From positions 181,032 to 245,031 of the forward strand of contig JBAYVT010000001.1 in assembly GCA_041674405.1 (NCBI GenBank): 64,000 nucleotides of DNA, given 5' to 3'. This DNA comes from Patescibacteria group bacterium (GTDB lineage Bacteria > Patescibacteriota > UBA1384 > XYA2-FULL-43-10). Every line of letters starts with the position of its first letter. Position 1 is the first letter of the stretch. The notes beneath the pieces were generated by a model. That model was not told the DNA's origin, did no database searches, and worked only from the letters and a program-made list of their open reading frames with translations. Both the position numbers and the translations under genes were made by a program. Of this stretch, positions 50,074 through 59,661 are shown piece after piece.

Positions 50074-51180
50074 TTAGTTGGTTCGGCCGAAAATCAGCCG
50101 GAAGGCTTCCGGGTCAACGCACGGATAGCCAGAAAAGTCGAAGTCGTGGTCTTCTGCGATCAGCGAGAAGCCTGGGAGCATCGCTTCGATCTGTCGACTT
50201 GCGACCTCGATGCTGTCTGCACCATAGGTCGGCGTGTAGCTCTCGATGACCTCGAGTCGCCCATCGCTTAAAGACAATACTCGGAGGAGTTCCTGTGGGC
50301 TGAGCGCATCGGGGCAGCGTAGTGCTACGTTCGCCATCACGATATCGCCAGCATCATCCGGAATCGGCAGTGCGTCCGCCGTCCCGGGCAAGATAATCTC
50401 TGGGGCGGAGTTGCGCAGCTTGGCCGTCTCGACAGAAAGCACAGCCGCGACTTTGCGATCTGCCTGTGAGGGTTCGACGCCGATGATCAGCTCAAGCGGA
50501 GTATGTTTCCGAAAGAGGCTGATTGGCAGTCTGCCGGGCCCAATCTCTATAAGGACCTTTGGCTCCTCGCCGCGCTCCGCACAAAGCACACCGTAGTTGC
50601 GAATGATGTTTCTCGCTACATTGGTGTGCCATTCGCTGGCATGGTTCGTGCCCCAGTACTGGGGAGTGAGCCTGATCTCCGGCCAGAGATAGGCCACCAT
50701 TCCATGGAGATTCGGCCAGAAGAAGTCCCAGCCACCCTCAAAGCCGAACTCGGCCGCGAGTTTGTCGAAGTCCTCGCGAAAATCCGAGTACGCGCCAGCC
50801 ATCCGTGATAGGTCGGCAGCACGCAAGATTTTCGCCTCGACGGTGACCGGCATGACGCCAGCATTGGTAGGTTTGATCGCATCGATCACTGCGGCGATCA
50901 TGTGCTCCAGGTAGCCAAGTTTCCGCATCTCCTCGGCAGCCACCTTGGCACTCAGCTCCTCAGGAGTCGAGCACCCGAATTCTCGCGGATCCTTGCCAAA
51001 CAACGCATCATGGAAAAGCGCTGCCCAGACAAGGACCTCAATCGAGACGTGGATGCCGCAATGTCGGCATCGTTCTGCAAGCATGAAGGCAGTTGCGCAG
51101 ACCCCCTGAGCATGCCTCCAATTATGGTACGGCCGCATGGTGTAATACGGCCAAGCCAATTTCTCGATGAATCCCAGCAT
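50074..51180 (-). CDS. fusion protein: N-terminal HD-domain phosphohydrolase plus C-terminal class I SAM-methyltransferase-like domain; GC-rich island gene
   Basis: YHNWRHAQGV...ALFHDALF (HD). VLIEIGPG motif I. ATG at 51180 is preceded by AAGGGGGA (the track start at 51201 is a TTG). Confidence 0.6.
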   Translation of the reverse strand: MLGFIEKLAWPYYTMRPYHNWRHAQGVCATAFMLAERCRHCGIHVSIEVLVWAALFHDALFGKDPREFGCSTPEELSAKVAAEEMRKLGYLEHMIAAVIDAIKPTNAGVMPVTVEAKILRAADLSRMAGAYSDFREDFDKLAAEFGFEGGWDFFWPNLHGMVAYLWPEIRLTPQYWGTNHASEWHTNVARNIIRNYGVLCAERGEEPKVLIEIGPGRLPISLFRKHTPLELIIGVEPSQADRKVAAVLSVETAKLRNSAPEIILPGTADALPIPDDAGDIVMANVALRCPDALSPQELLRVLSLSDGRLEVIESYTPTYGADSIEVASRQIEAMLPGFSLIAEDHDFDFSGYPCVDPEAFRLIFGRTN

Positions 51181-51292
51181 CTTGGTCCCCCTTGTGTACA
51201 AGCCTGAATTTCGAGCAGTGCTAGATTAACACAAAAAACATGTTCCGTAAATTATCCAAACATTAGTACATCCATCCAAATCTTATTATTCC

Positions 51293-51339
51293 AAACGTAA
51301 CAATTTCTCCGCGACCGCGGAGAAATTGTTACGTTTTTA
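51293..51339 (+). terminator. long hairpin (AACGTAACAATTTCTCCGCG-acc-GCGGAGAAATTGTTACGTT followed by TTTTT) with no upstream plus-strand gene
   Basis: About 19-bp stem plus a T tract. It sits between the island gene start and the right direct repeat. Confidence 0.5.
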
Positions 51340-51350
51340 TTTCTAAAACA

Positions 51351-51372
51351 AATTATCTTATATTAAAATATT
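51351..51372. repeat. 22-bp direct repeat ATTATCTTATATTAAAATATTT, right copy
   Basis: Exact match to 49976-49997. Confidence 0.7.
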
Positions 51373-51399
51373 TTTATCAAATAAGTACAAAAAAGTGAT

Positions 51400-51825
51400 T
51401 TATTTAATCATTTTCTTTAGATAAATATCTACTGGCTCCTTCGTGGTTTGGGTAAGCTTTTTGGGAAGTTTATCCGGTGGGAACCATCTCATATCCTCGT
51501 GCTTATTCGGTTCCATATTTTTTGGTTCCTGGCCGTCTCGGATTTTTGCCAGGTGGTGGATCGCCACCCAATGCTGACCTTCAATTATATGGTCCGTGTA
51601 TCCTAGACACTCTAAGATATCAATATCGACTCCAATTTCCTCACGAATCTCTCGCTTTAGCATCTCTTCAACTGTTTCACCAAATTCAACCGTGCCGCCG
51701 GGCTTCGTCCAAAAACCGGCATCGTTATTGCTTTTTGACGTTCGTTTTAATAATAGAATTTCGTTGTTGTCATTGACAATTAAGGCACCGCCACCAACTC
51801 CGATGAAGTCTTTCCCTGGTTTTAT
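51400..51825 (-). CDS. Nudix hydrolase; start codon unresolved (no in-frame ATG/GTG/TTG upstream of the Nudix fold; the frame is open to 51843)
   Basis: Nudix box G...E...REIREEIGV. The full fold needs the upstream strands IKPGKDFIGVGGGALIVND. The first in-frame ATG (51663) would truncate the fold. Confidence 0.55.
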   Translation of the reverse strand: MKPGKDFIGVGGGALIVNDNNEILLLKRTSKSNNDAGFWTKPGGTVEFGETVEEMLKREIREEIGVDIDILECLGYTDHIIEGQHWVAIHHLAKIRDGQEPKNMEPNKHEDMRWFPPDKLPKKLTQTTKEPVDIYLKKMIK

Positions 51826-51827
51826 TT

Positions 51828-53552
51828 TTACTCCTTGACTTCTTTAATAACCGCAGATAAATCTTCTTGCCCTTTGTCGCCTTCGCCATATTTACGGACA
51901 GCGACTTTTTCAGCCTCGATTTCTTTGTCGCCGACAATAAGCATATATGGGATTTTTTGCATCTCGGCTTCGCGAATTTTTTTGCCGATCGATTCAGTAC
52001 GATCATCAACCTTAACTCGAATTCCGGCTTCATTGAGCTCCTTTTCGATTTTTGCGGCGTAGTCCAAATGTTTATCGGAGATTGGCAACACAATAGCCTG
52101 GACAGGAGCGAGCCATGTCGGAAATGCGCCGGCAACATTCTCGATATATATACCAAGAAAACGCTCGATTGCCCCATAAATCACGCGATGGATCATTACA
52201 GGACGGACTTTTTCACCTTTTTCATCAATATAGGTCAAGTCGAATGTTTCCGGATTGGCAAAGTCAAGCTGTATTGTGCCGCACTGCCATGTGCGACCGA
52301 TAGCATCCTTTAGATGAAAATCAAATTTCGGGCCATAGAATGCTCCATCACCTTCATTAACTTTATGTTCGATTTTGTTTTCAGCAAGAATTTCCTTCAT
52401 TGTCGATTCTGCCTTTTCCCAAACCTCATCCGAACCGACTGACTTTTCCGGCCTTGTTGAAAGCTCAATATGATCAACTTTCATGCCAAATTTCTCATAC
52501 ATTTCAAAACATAAATCAAATACCTTTTTGATTTCTTCCTTTACCTGATCAGGCCGGCAATAGATGTGGGCATCATCTTGTGTAAACTGGCGAAGGCGCA
52601 TAAGCCCATGGACTTCGCCCGAACCTTCGTAGCGGTGGACCAAGCCAATCTCCCCCATCTTTACCGGCAGATCTCGGTATGAATGAACCTTAGTCCTGTA
52701 AATCAGCATACCGCCGATGCAGTTCATTGGCTTTACAGCATAGGAATAATCTTTTTCATCGGGAGTTCTGGCTAAATACATTCTTTCGGCATAGTTTTTC
52801 ATGTGTCCGCTCTGCTCCCAGACTTCTTTTAGCATCATGATTGGGGTATTTACCTCTTCGTATCTCTCACGGCGATGAACCTGCCGCCAATACTCGAGCA
52901 TTTTTTGAAATACAATCCAGCCATTATCATGCCAAAAAACAAAGTTTGGTCCTTCCTTGTGAAACGAAAAGAGATCCAGCTCCGTGGCAAGTTTGCGGTG
53001 ATCGCGCTTCTCAGCTTCCAGTATGATTTCTTCATACTTTTTAAGCTCAGACTCGTTTTCAAACGCAAGAGCATATATCCTCTGTAGCATTTTGTTTTTC
53101 TCACTACCTCGCCAATAAGCACCGGCAATTTTATCAAGCTTAAAACCAACATTTTTGAGATCAGAGGTTGTATCAACGTGAGGACCAGCACAAAGATCGA
53201 CAAATTCTCCTGTTTTGTAAAGTGAAACTTTGTCATTGCCACTACTCTTCAAATCTTTAATCAACTCCAATTTGTAATTTTGTTTGTCAAATTTTTCAAT
53301 TGCTTGGCTTATTTCCACTTCTGATTTTTCAAAGGCAAGATTCTTTTCAATAATCTCGCGCATTTTTTTCTCAAGTTTTGGCAAATCCTCCGGCACCAAA
53401 GCTCGGGGCAAGTCAAAATCATAATAAAAGCCATTTTCAATCGCCGGACCAATACCAAGTTTTGCATCAGGGAACATCTCAAGTACTGCCATCGCCAGTA
53501 CATGGCTCAGCGAATGCCTCATGGTTTCAAGTTCAAATTTTTTTTCAGCCAT
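51828..53552 (-). CDS. thrS: threonyl-tRNA synthetase (lacks the N-terminal TGS domain)
   Basis: Class II aaRS motifs, N2 editing-domain remnants (HSLSHVLA) and a C-terminal anticodon-binding domain. 574 aa. Confidence 0.95.
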   Translation of the reverse strand: MAEKKFELETMRHSLSHVLAMAVLEMFPDAKLGIGPAIENGFYYDFDLPRALVPEDLPKLEKKMREIIEKNLAFEKSEVEISQAIEKFDKQNYKLELIKDLKSSGNDKVSLYKTGEFVDLCAGPHVDTTSDLKNVGFKLDKIAGAYWRGSEKNKMLQRIYALAFENESELKKYEEIILEAEKRDHRKLATELDLFSFHKEGPNFVFWHDNGWIVFQKMLEYWRQVHRRERYEEVNTPIMMLKEVWEQSGHMKNYAERMYLARTPDEKDYSYAVKPMNCIGGMLIYRTKVHSYRDLPVKMGEIGLVHRYEGSGEVHGLMRLRQFTQDDAHIYCRPDQVKEEIKKVFDLCFEMYEKFGMKVDHIELSTRPEKSVGSDEVWEKAESTMKEILAENKIEHKVNEGDGAFYGPKFDFHLKDAIGRTWQCGTIQLDFANPETFDLTYIDEKGEKVRPVMIHRVIYGAIERFLGIYIENVAGAFPTWLAPVQAIVLPISDKHLDYAAKIEKELNEAGIRVKVDDRTESIGKKIREAEMQKIPYMLIVGDKEIEAEKVAVRKYGEGDKGQEDLSAVIKEVKE

Positions 53553-53610
53553 ATAAACTCCAATATTACTTGTTAATCATATTGTAACAAAAATCAAACG
53601 GTTTAACTTT

Positions 53611-54069
53611 TTATTTTATTAGACCCAATCTTTCAAATAATTCAATCGATGGTGGGGTTAGTTTAATTTTGTCTAGTTCCGAGATATCAGCCCATTGAAA
53701 TATTTCAAGATCGTCGCCAATTTTTACCAAAATCTCACTCGCGTCTTCACTTGCCGATACCTTAAAAACATTGAAAGACATTGTGCACAAGACTTTTTCT
53801 CCGGTTGTTCGCAACGTTTTTTCCGACTCGCCAATTCCTTTGTCATCAATCAATTCAATGCTGTAATTCTTAATATTGATTCCTGTTTCCTCTGAAATTT
53901 CTCTCCGAAGTGCCGTCTCAAAATTTTCATCTTCATCCACGCCTCCTCCCGGAAGATGCCAAAAGTCCACGTAAACTCCGCCTCCGTGAGCGTGTTTTTT
54001 ACCAAGAAATATTTTTTTATCTTTTGAAATAATCATTGCGGAGACTATTTCACGATGGATTGTGCGCAT
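53611..54069 (-). CDS. Nudix hydrolase
   Basis: Nudix box GGGVDEDENFETALRREISEETG. Confidence 0.8.
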   Translation of the reverse strand: MRTIHREIVSAMIISKDKKIFLGKKHAHGGGVYVDFWHLPGGGVDEDENFETALRREISEETGINIKNYSIELIDDKGIGESEKTLRTTGEKVLCTMSFNVFKVSASEDASEILVKIGDDLEIFQWADISELDKIKLTPPSIELFERLGLIK

Positions 54070-54092
54070 TGTATTGATATTAAACTAAATAA

Positions 54093-54150
54093 AAAGACCA
54101 ATTATCTCGAGACCCCAAACTTTGGGGGGTTCCATCTCGATATGGTCTTT
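54093..54150. other. long imperfect palindrome AAAGACCA...CCCCAAAG / CTTTGGGG...TGGTCTTT (two 8-bp stems around internal loops) between glyA and the Nudix gene
   Basis: Seen in the sequence. Could be a glyA terminator or an inter-cistronic structure. Confidence 0.3.
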
Positions 54151-54267
54151 ATTTGCCGATTCGTTTCGGCTTACGCTGTTTCTCGCCGGTTGGTGAATCC
54201 GGGTCACTAAAACAGATTAATTGACATTAGTTTAACACATTTAGATAAGAACGTAAATATCTTCAGA

Positions 54268-55515
54268 TTATTTCGTTATTCCCGGCACCGGAAAAACTTT
54301 TGTCATTTCTGCGACTTCCTTTTTGATTTCGGCAAGCTTTGATTCATTATTCATATTTTCAGCAACTATATTGAATAATTCAGCGATTCGCTGCATCTCT
54401 CCTGCTCCCATGCCACGAGTTGTCAGAGCGGCGGTGCCAACACGGATTCCAGAAGTGACCTTTGGGGGATTTGGATCATTCGGGACGGCATTTTTGTTTA
54501 CCGTAATGCCGGCTTTGTCGAGCGCGACTTCGAATTCCTTACCGGTGATTTTTTTGCTCTGTAAATCAACCAAAATTAAATGATTATCCGTACCACCTGT
54601 TACCAAATCAAAGTCTAAGCTCATCAGGGTTTTGGCAAAAGTCTGCATATTGTCGAGGACTTTACCAATATACTCTTTAAATTCAGGCTTCAATGCTTCA
54701 CCAAAAGCAACTGCCTTAGCGGCGATAATATGCTCAAGCGGACCTCCTTGAATACCCGGGAAAATCGTTTTGTTGATTTTTTTTGAGAGCTCCTCGTTAT
54801 TGGTCATGATAATTCCTGACCTAGGGCCTCGCAAAGTTTTGTGAGTTGTTGAGGTAACAATATCTGCAACTCCAACAGGGGATTCGTGGTAGCCCGTCGC
54901 AACGAGACCAGCGATATGGGCAATGTCTGCAAATAAAAGTGCACCGACTGAGTTTGCAATTTCGCGAAATTTTTTAAAATCCAGCTTTCGCGGGTATGCA
55001 GAGTATCCACACATGATCACTTGTGGCTTAGCTTCTTTTGCTAATTCAGCAATTTGATTATAATCAAGCACTCCTGTTTCTGGGTTCAGACCATAAGAAT
55101 AGGATTCAAAAAACTTACCCGAAAATGAAACCTTTGATCCGTGGGTCAAGTGCCCGCCGGCATCAAGCGATTGGCCCATAATTTTATCACCCGGTTTCAA
55201 GGTGGCAAAATACGCCGCCATATTAGCGCTGGAACCAGAATGCGGTTGGACATTGGCAAATTTGCAGCCGAATAATTTTTTAAGCCGATCAATAGCCAGG
55301 TTTTCGGCTTGATCGATAAACTCACAGCCGCCGTAATACCGTGCGCCGGGATAACCTTCGGCATATTTATTGGTTAAAACCGAGCCTTGTGCTTCAAGCA
55401 CTGCTTTTGATGGATAATTTTCAGACGCAATCATCTCAAGCCCTTCAGTCTGGCGCCTCTCTTCACAACGGATGATGTCATACATTTCTTTGTCGTTTTT
55501 TTCAAGCTCGGTCAT
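54268..55515 (-). CDS. glyA: serine hydroxymethyltransferase
   Basis: PLP site region [10 protein letters not shown] and full-length SHMT similarity. Confidence 0.97.
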   Translation of the reverse strand: MTELEKNDKEMYDIIRCEERRQTEGLEMIASENYPSKAVLEAQGSVLTNKYAEGYPGARYYGGCEFIDQAENLAIDRLKKLFGCKFANVQPHSGSSANMAAYFATLKPGDKIMGQSLDAGGHLTHGSKVSFSGKFFESYSYGLNPETGVLDYNQIAELAKEAKPQVIMCGYSAYPRKLDFKKFREIANSVGALLFADIAHIAGLVATGYHESPVGVADIVTSTTHKTLRGPRSGIIMTNNEELSKKINKTIFPGIQGGPLEHIIAAKAVAFGEALKPEFKEYIGKVLDNMQTFAKTLMSLDFDLVTGGTDNHLILVDLQSKKITGKEFEVALDKAGITVNKNAVPNDPNPPKVTSGIRVGTAALTTRGMGAGEMQRIAELFNIVAENMNNESKLAEIKKEVAEMTKVFPVPGITK

Positions 55516-56168
55516 TTTTCCTCCAATTCATGATATTCAATTAACTCTTTTTTAAATTCACTATAAAATCTTTTTAAGAACAAATTCCTGCGCCGTGCAA
55601 TTTTCTTGGAATACGCAAAATGCAATTTATCCCATTTTATCATCGGATCTCTTCTGATTTGATCCAGCAGGCTATGATTCAGCCATATTTCTTCATCTTT
55701 TGGTACCGGTTTGTCAGTATATATTGGGAAACCTCTCTCGCCGAAGTAATATGCCAATCGCGCTATGCCGATTGCGCCAAGCATTTCAATTTTATCGGCA
55801 TCTTGCAAAATCCTTACTTCATCTTTGTCTGATTTTTCAGCTTTATCTCCCTCATGATAGTTGTCGTGCAATTTAATAACTTCTAGAACAGCAGCAATTT
55901 TTTTCTTCGGGAAGCCAACTTCCGGCAGCCATTTTTCTGCTATTTCCATGCCATATTTGTAGTGGTGCCAATCGTCATCTTCATGATGCATAAAACCAAT
56001 ATCATGCATTAGGCATGCTGCTTCCAAAATTTCCGTATCACAAGGAACTTTTGCTGCAATTTTAAGCGCGTTATCCCGCACTCGAGTTAAATGGAAAAAA
56101 TCATGACAGGCAGTATATCCTTCCAGATACTTCTTGATCTTTTTTTCCAAATCCTTTTGCCAGCTCAT
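55512..56168 (-). CDS. HD-domain phosphohydrolase
   Basis: HDIGF...HH...D motifs. Overlaps glyA by 4 nt, suggesting co-transcription. Confidence 0.8.
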   Translation of the reverse strand: MSWQKDLEKKIKKYLEGYTACHDFFHLTRVRDNALKIAAKVPCDTEILEAACLMHDIGFMHHEDDDWHHYKYGMEIAEKWLPEVGFPKKKIAAVLEVIKLHDNYHEGDKAEKSDKDEVRILQDADKIEMLGAIGIARLAYYFGERGFPIYTDKPVPKDEEIWLNHSLLDQIRRDPMIKWDKLHFAYSKKIARRRNLFLKRFYSEFKKELIEYHELEEK

Positions 56169-56269
56169 GTATTTCCTTGGAGTTACATGAATATTATAAC
56201 CAGATCAGGCAATTTCTGCCACAGAAAATGAAAATATATGAGCTTTCTATGTAGTTATTAATCAGAAAT

Positions 56270-57877
56270 TTACAGCTCTTTCAGCCGTTCTTCAAATTCT
56301 TCGTCCAATTGAGATTTCAAATCTTCATGAAATTTGTCGTCATAATCTTTAACTGTGTCTTTAACTCGCCCGCAGCTTTTTTCTTCGAGGCAAAAATGCG
56401 GAATTTGGCATTTGGTCACCATCAGTTTTGCAATATTAGGCAATTTTTTCCGTTCAAGAATTTTTTTAATTTTTTCCATTTCTTTAATAGCCATTGGGCG
56501 CAATTGCGCTTCAGCGGTCGTGCAGGTCCTCACCGGGTAATAACCAGCAATTAGATTATATAAATCGTATTGCTGCAAAATATCCACCCTAACTCCGCGC
56601 GGCATAATGAAAATAGCATCAGAGGGCTTAATTTTGTATTTCCCAATGAGTAAGAAATATGCATCGAGAGCATTAATGACAATATTCAAATATTCATAAA
56701 GCAGACTTTTCTGCTTTTTTATAGTAGGCGGAATAGTGAAAAAACGATCAATAATTTTAAGGTCAGCCTCCGCTAGTTTTTCTTTGGCAATTTTATTGCG
56801 GTATTTCTCAAAGATTGGCTGGCAGCGGTCAATAGCATAATACAGCGAGTCTGGCGTCATTGGTACTGTCCTATGGCGTTTTTTGTCTCCCCAAACCCGC
56901 CAGGAAACTGCTGATAGCACCTTGACCGTAAGAGCAGTATTGTAGTCACGGCAAAAGTCATGCCGTAGAGCTAATAACTTACGCCAATTTTTTTTGATCA
57001 TCCTTTTATTTGGGACTAATTCCTTTTCTTTCTTTACGATTTCCTTGGCGCTCCTATCAAGGCCTGGTGTAATTGTTGCATCTAAGCTAATTACATCGGA
57101 CAAGTCGTTGGAGATACCTTTAGCTTTAATTAGTTCGCGTGTAATGTTTATCTTTGCTGGATCCTTAAAGGGATTAGGATAAGGAAGAACATTTCGGCCT
57201 GCAAGATCTCTGGAAGCATATACTAAATCCACGCCATATTTTTTTAGCTCTTTTTCAATTTTTTGGATCATCATCTGGGCTTCTTCAGGCATCCAATCAC
57301 CTTGCGATTCTGCTTCCTTCTTAAAAGCTATTACAGATTCAATCGGGTAAGCGATAATACCGGTACCATATATACCATAATGCAGTGTTTTTGATGCATC
57401 ATCTTTGTTGATTCCACTTTTGAGCAATTTGTTTAGAAAATTGATATTATTATCTGAAATTTTTTTATAAATTGCTTTTGCTTCGGCATTATTGTTAATG
57501 GCAGTAGGGTATACTATGTCATCTACAGTGGTATCGGTGCGGCGTCCTGAAGCCATGAGCGCAGACGAGAAAACCATCCCGGTCATCAAAGAGTCAATAA
57601 ATTTTGAAGCTTCATAGGTAAAACAGATCGCCGGTGTCGTGGCAATCGAGGCATGACCTCGAAGAGAGGACCGGCGAATAATGCCTTTGACTTTTTTGTC
57701 TAGGTCCTGGCCTTTTTCACAGACATCTTTGTAAAGATCTTTGACGGATTTGCCTTTAAATGTCATTAAAGCAGACAGAGAAACCAAATCTTGAGGCTTA
57801 AGATATCCTGTTTTATCTGCTAAAACCGGAATCACCCCCAAAAATGTGACTTTCATGTCTGATACTTTTCTTGCCAT
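56270..57877 (-). CDS. hypothetical 535-aa protein, possibly a divergent ThyX-like (flavin-dependent thymidylate synthase family) protein
   Basis: Weak pattern similarity to ThyX (RGHASIATTPAICFTYEA ~ HGHETPFEHIVFTFHV; a later KRHR). The dNTP-metabolism neighbourhood also points this way. No firm motif match. Confidence 0.35.
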   Translation of the reverse strand: MARKVSDMKVTFLGVIPVLADKTGYLKPQDLVSLSALMTFKGKSVKDLYKDVCEKGQDLDKKVKGIIRRSSLRGHASIATTPAICFTYEASKFIDSLMTGMVFSSALMASGRRTDTTVDDIVYPTAINNNAEAKAIYKKISDNNINFLNKLLKSGINKDDASKTLHYGIYGTGIIAYPIESVIAFKKEAESQGDWMPEEAQMMIQKIEKELKKYGVDLVYASRDLAGRNVLPYPNPFKDPAKINITRELIKAKGISNDLSDVISLDATITPGLDRSAKEIVKKEKELVPNKRMIKKNWRKLLALRHDFCRDYNTALTVKVLSAVSWRVWGDKKRHRTVPMTPDSLYYAIDRCQPIFEKYRNKIAKEKLAEADLKIIDRFFTIPPTIKKQKSLLYEYLNIVINALDAYFLLIGKYKIKPSDAIFIMPRGVRVDILQQYDLYNLIAGYYPVRTCTTAEAQLRPMAIKEMEKIKKILERKKLPNIAKLMVTKCQIPHFCLEEKSCGRVKDTVKDYDDKFHEDLKSQLDEEFEERLKEL

Positions 57878-57915
57878 AAAACTCCTTGAAAAAGTTAATT
57901 AGTATATATTAAATT

Positions 57916-58497
57916 TCAAAATCGTAACTCTTCTTTGATAAGTTCAACTTCGGGTGTCATATCAAAATACTCGCTGTTTATCTTGATTTTGCCTCGAAAT
58001 TTTTCGCAAATTATTCCCCTTTTATTGGCCAAGCGTCTTGCTTCCGGCTCAGATTCTTTCTTGGATCCGTCACTGCCTTCCTTGACTCTTAAATATTCGT
58101 CTAAATAAATAATCTTTTTGATTCCAAGATTGTTCAGTGCCTTTAAGCAGTCATAGCATGGAAAGAGGGTAATATATAAGGTTGAGCCTTTCAGGCGCTC
58201 AGTGTTGCCGGAATTAATAATCGCATTTATCTCGCTATGTGCCCCACGGCAACGCTGAATTTCATTCGTGTCCGGATCTCCATGCACCTTTGCGCAACCT
58301 TCATCAATACAATGAATATCGCCGGCGGTCGGCCCATTATAACCCAAAGAAATTACCCTGTGGTTTTCATCCACAAAAACGGAACCGACTTTGTGAAAAA
58401 TACAAGCGGTTCTTTCCGCAGCAGCAACGGCAATGGTCATAAAAAACTCATCCCAAGAAAGCCTATGGTTTCTTTGATATTTCTTATCTTTTGCCAT
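57916..58497 (-). CDS. dCMP deaminase (ComEB-type cytidine/deoxycytidylate deaminase)
   Basis: Zinc-binding HAEINAI and PCYDCLK motifs. Confidence 0.85.
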   Translation of the reverse strand: MAKDKKYQRNHRLSWDEFFMTIAVAAAERTACIFHKVGSVFVDENHRVISLGYNGPTAGDIHCIDEGCAKVHGDPDTNEIQRCRGAHSEINAIINSGNTERLKGSTLYITLFPCYDCLKALNNLGIKKIIYLDEYLRVKEGSDGSKKESEPEARRLANKRGIICEKFRGKIKINSEYFDMTPEVELIKEELRF

Positions 58498-58511
58498 TTG
58501 TCCTCCGGTTA

Positions 58512-59051
58512 TTACACTTGGATTTCTTTACCCTTGCTGGTTACCCTTCCACCTTTCCATTGTCCCCGATATGCATTTGATTTCCCCGATATCTCAAAAA
58601 ACATTATATGAACGATTCTGGCACCTAGTTCAATTTCAAATTCGCATGGACCAGAATTATAAAACAGAAATGAAAGTTCCCCGCAATATCCTGGATCGAT
58701 TTTTCCACCGGACATAATAATTCCTGATCGAAACAGGGTGCTCCTAAGCCACATCGCAGCAGTCAAATTCAGTGGCATATTTACCTTTTCGTTAGTTGTC
58801 ACCAAGTAGCAATCGCCCGGTTTGAAAATAACTGATTGTTTTTTTTCTGGTATATATTCATATAACAATTTTGAGTCAGTCGAGTCGCGTTCGGTAAGCC
58901 CCATAAATCCCCTGCCGCTTATTTCATGCACTTTTCCAAGACACAGGTCAAAACCACAGCCCTCTGGATTTGTAAGCTCTCTTTCACACAGGTTTTCAAC
59001 TAATTTTTGTTTTTTGACAAGATCCAAGAGTTTGTCCACGCCGAGTACCAT
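58512..59051 (-). CDS. dcd: dCTP deaminase / dUTPase-superfamily protein
   Basis: GKIDPGYCGELSFLFYN and the overall Dcd pattern. Confidence 0.75.
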   Translation of the reverse strand: MVLGVDKLLDLVKKQKLVENLCERELTNPEGCGFDLCLGKVHEISGRGFMGLTERDSTDSKLLYEYIPEKKQSVIFKPGDCYLVTTNEKVNMPLNLTAAMWLRSTLFRSGIIMSGGKIDPGYCGELSFLFYNSGPCEFEIELGARIVHIMFFEISGKSNAYRGQWKGGRVTSKGKEIQV

Positions 59052-59396
59052 CTTCCCTCCAAATTTATTGATATATACCAGAAACTTTTTGATAAAAAAT
59101 GCGCCGGATAATTAGCGCAAATTGTAGTTTATTTCTGTTTTTTAAAGTATAGCAATACATAAATATTTTGGCGCAAGAATCGATTTGAAGATACAAAAAT
59201 TATAATCACAAATTGGCAAATTACTATTTTTTATTTCCAGCATTGGATATTTATACCTAAGGCATAAAGTAAAAAAATGTTTTAGACTTGAGAAAACGCA
59301 TAAGTTTTGCTATCATCATAATGTTTTTGGGCGGTTAGTCCCGATGCGGTAACCCGATCGGGATCCCGAAAGCTTCGCTCTTCGGGACTCTTTACA

Positions 59397-59657
59397 ATGA
59401 AACCAAGCGTATATATTTTAAAACTCGATGACGGAAGTTATTATATTGGATCAACTCGCGACTTAAAGAGACGCATTGCTGAACACCGGAAAGGTTTAAA
59501 AGCCAGTACAAGATTTTCTAAGAATCCCCAGATCGTATTCTTCCAGAATTTTGAAACTTATCATCAAGCTCGAATTATCGAGATAAAATTAAAATCCTAT
59601 AAAAGTCGCAAAGTGATCGAAAAAATTATTAAGGAAGGAAAAATTAACAAATTATAA
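59397..59657 (+). CDS. small GIY-YIG nuclease-domain protein
   Basis: VYILKL...GSYYIGSTRDLKRRIAEH is the GIY-YIG core. It ends 4 nt before tRNA-Val. Confidence 0.85.
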   Translation: MKPSVYILKLDDGSYYIGSTRDLKRRIAEHRKGLKASTRFSKNPQIVFFQNFETYHQARIIEIKLKSYKSRKVIEKIIKEGKINKL

Positions 59658-59661
59658 TAAT

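Noticed and set aside
51293-51339. Long hairpin considered as an integron attC site
   Set aside because: It is a near-perfect palindrome and lacks the R''/L''/L'/R' core sites (RYYYAAC...GTTRRRY) and the extrahelical bases typical of attC. No intI is nearby.
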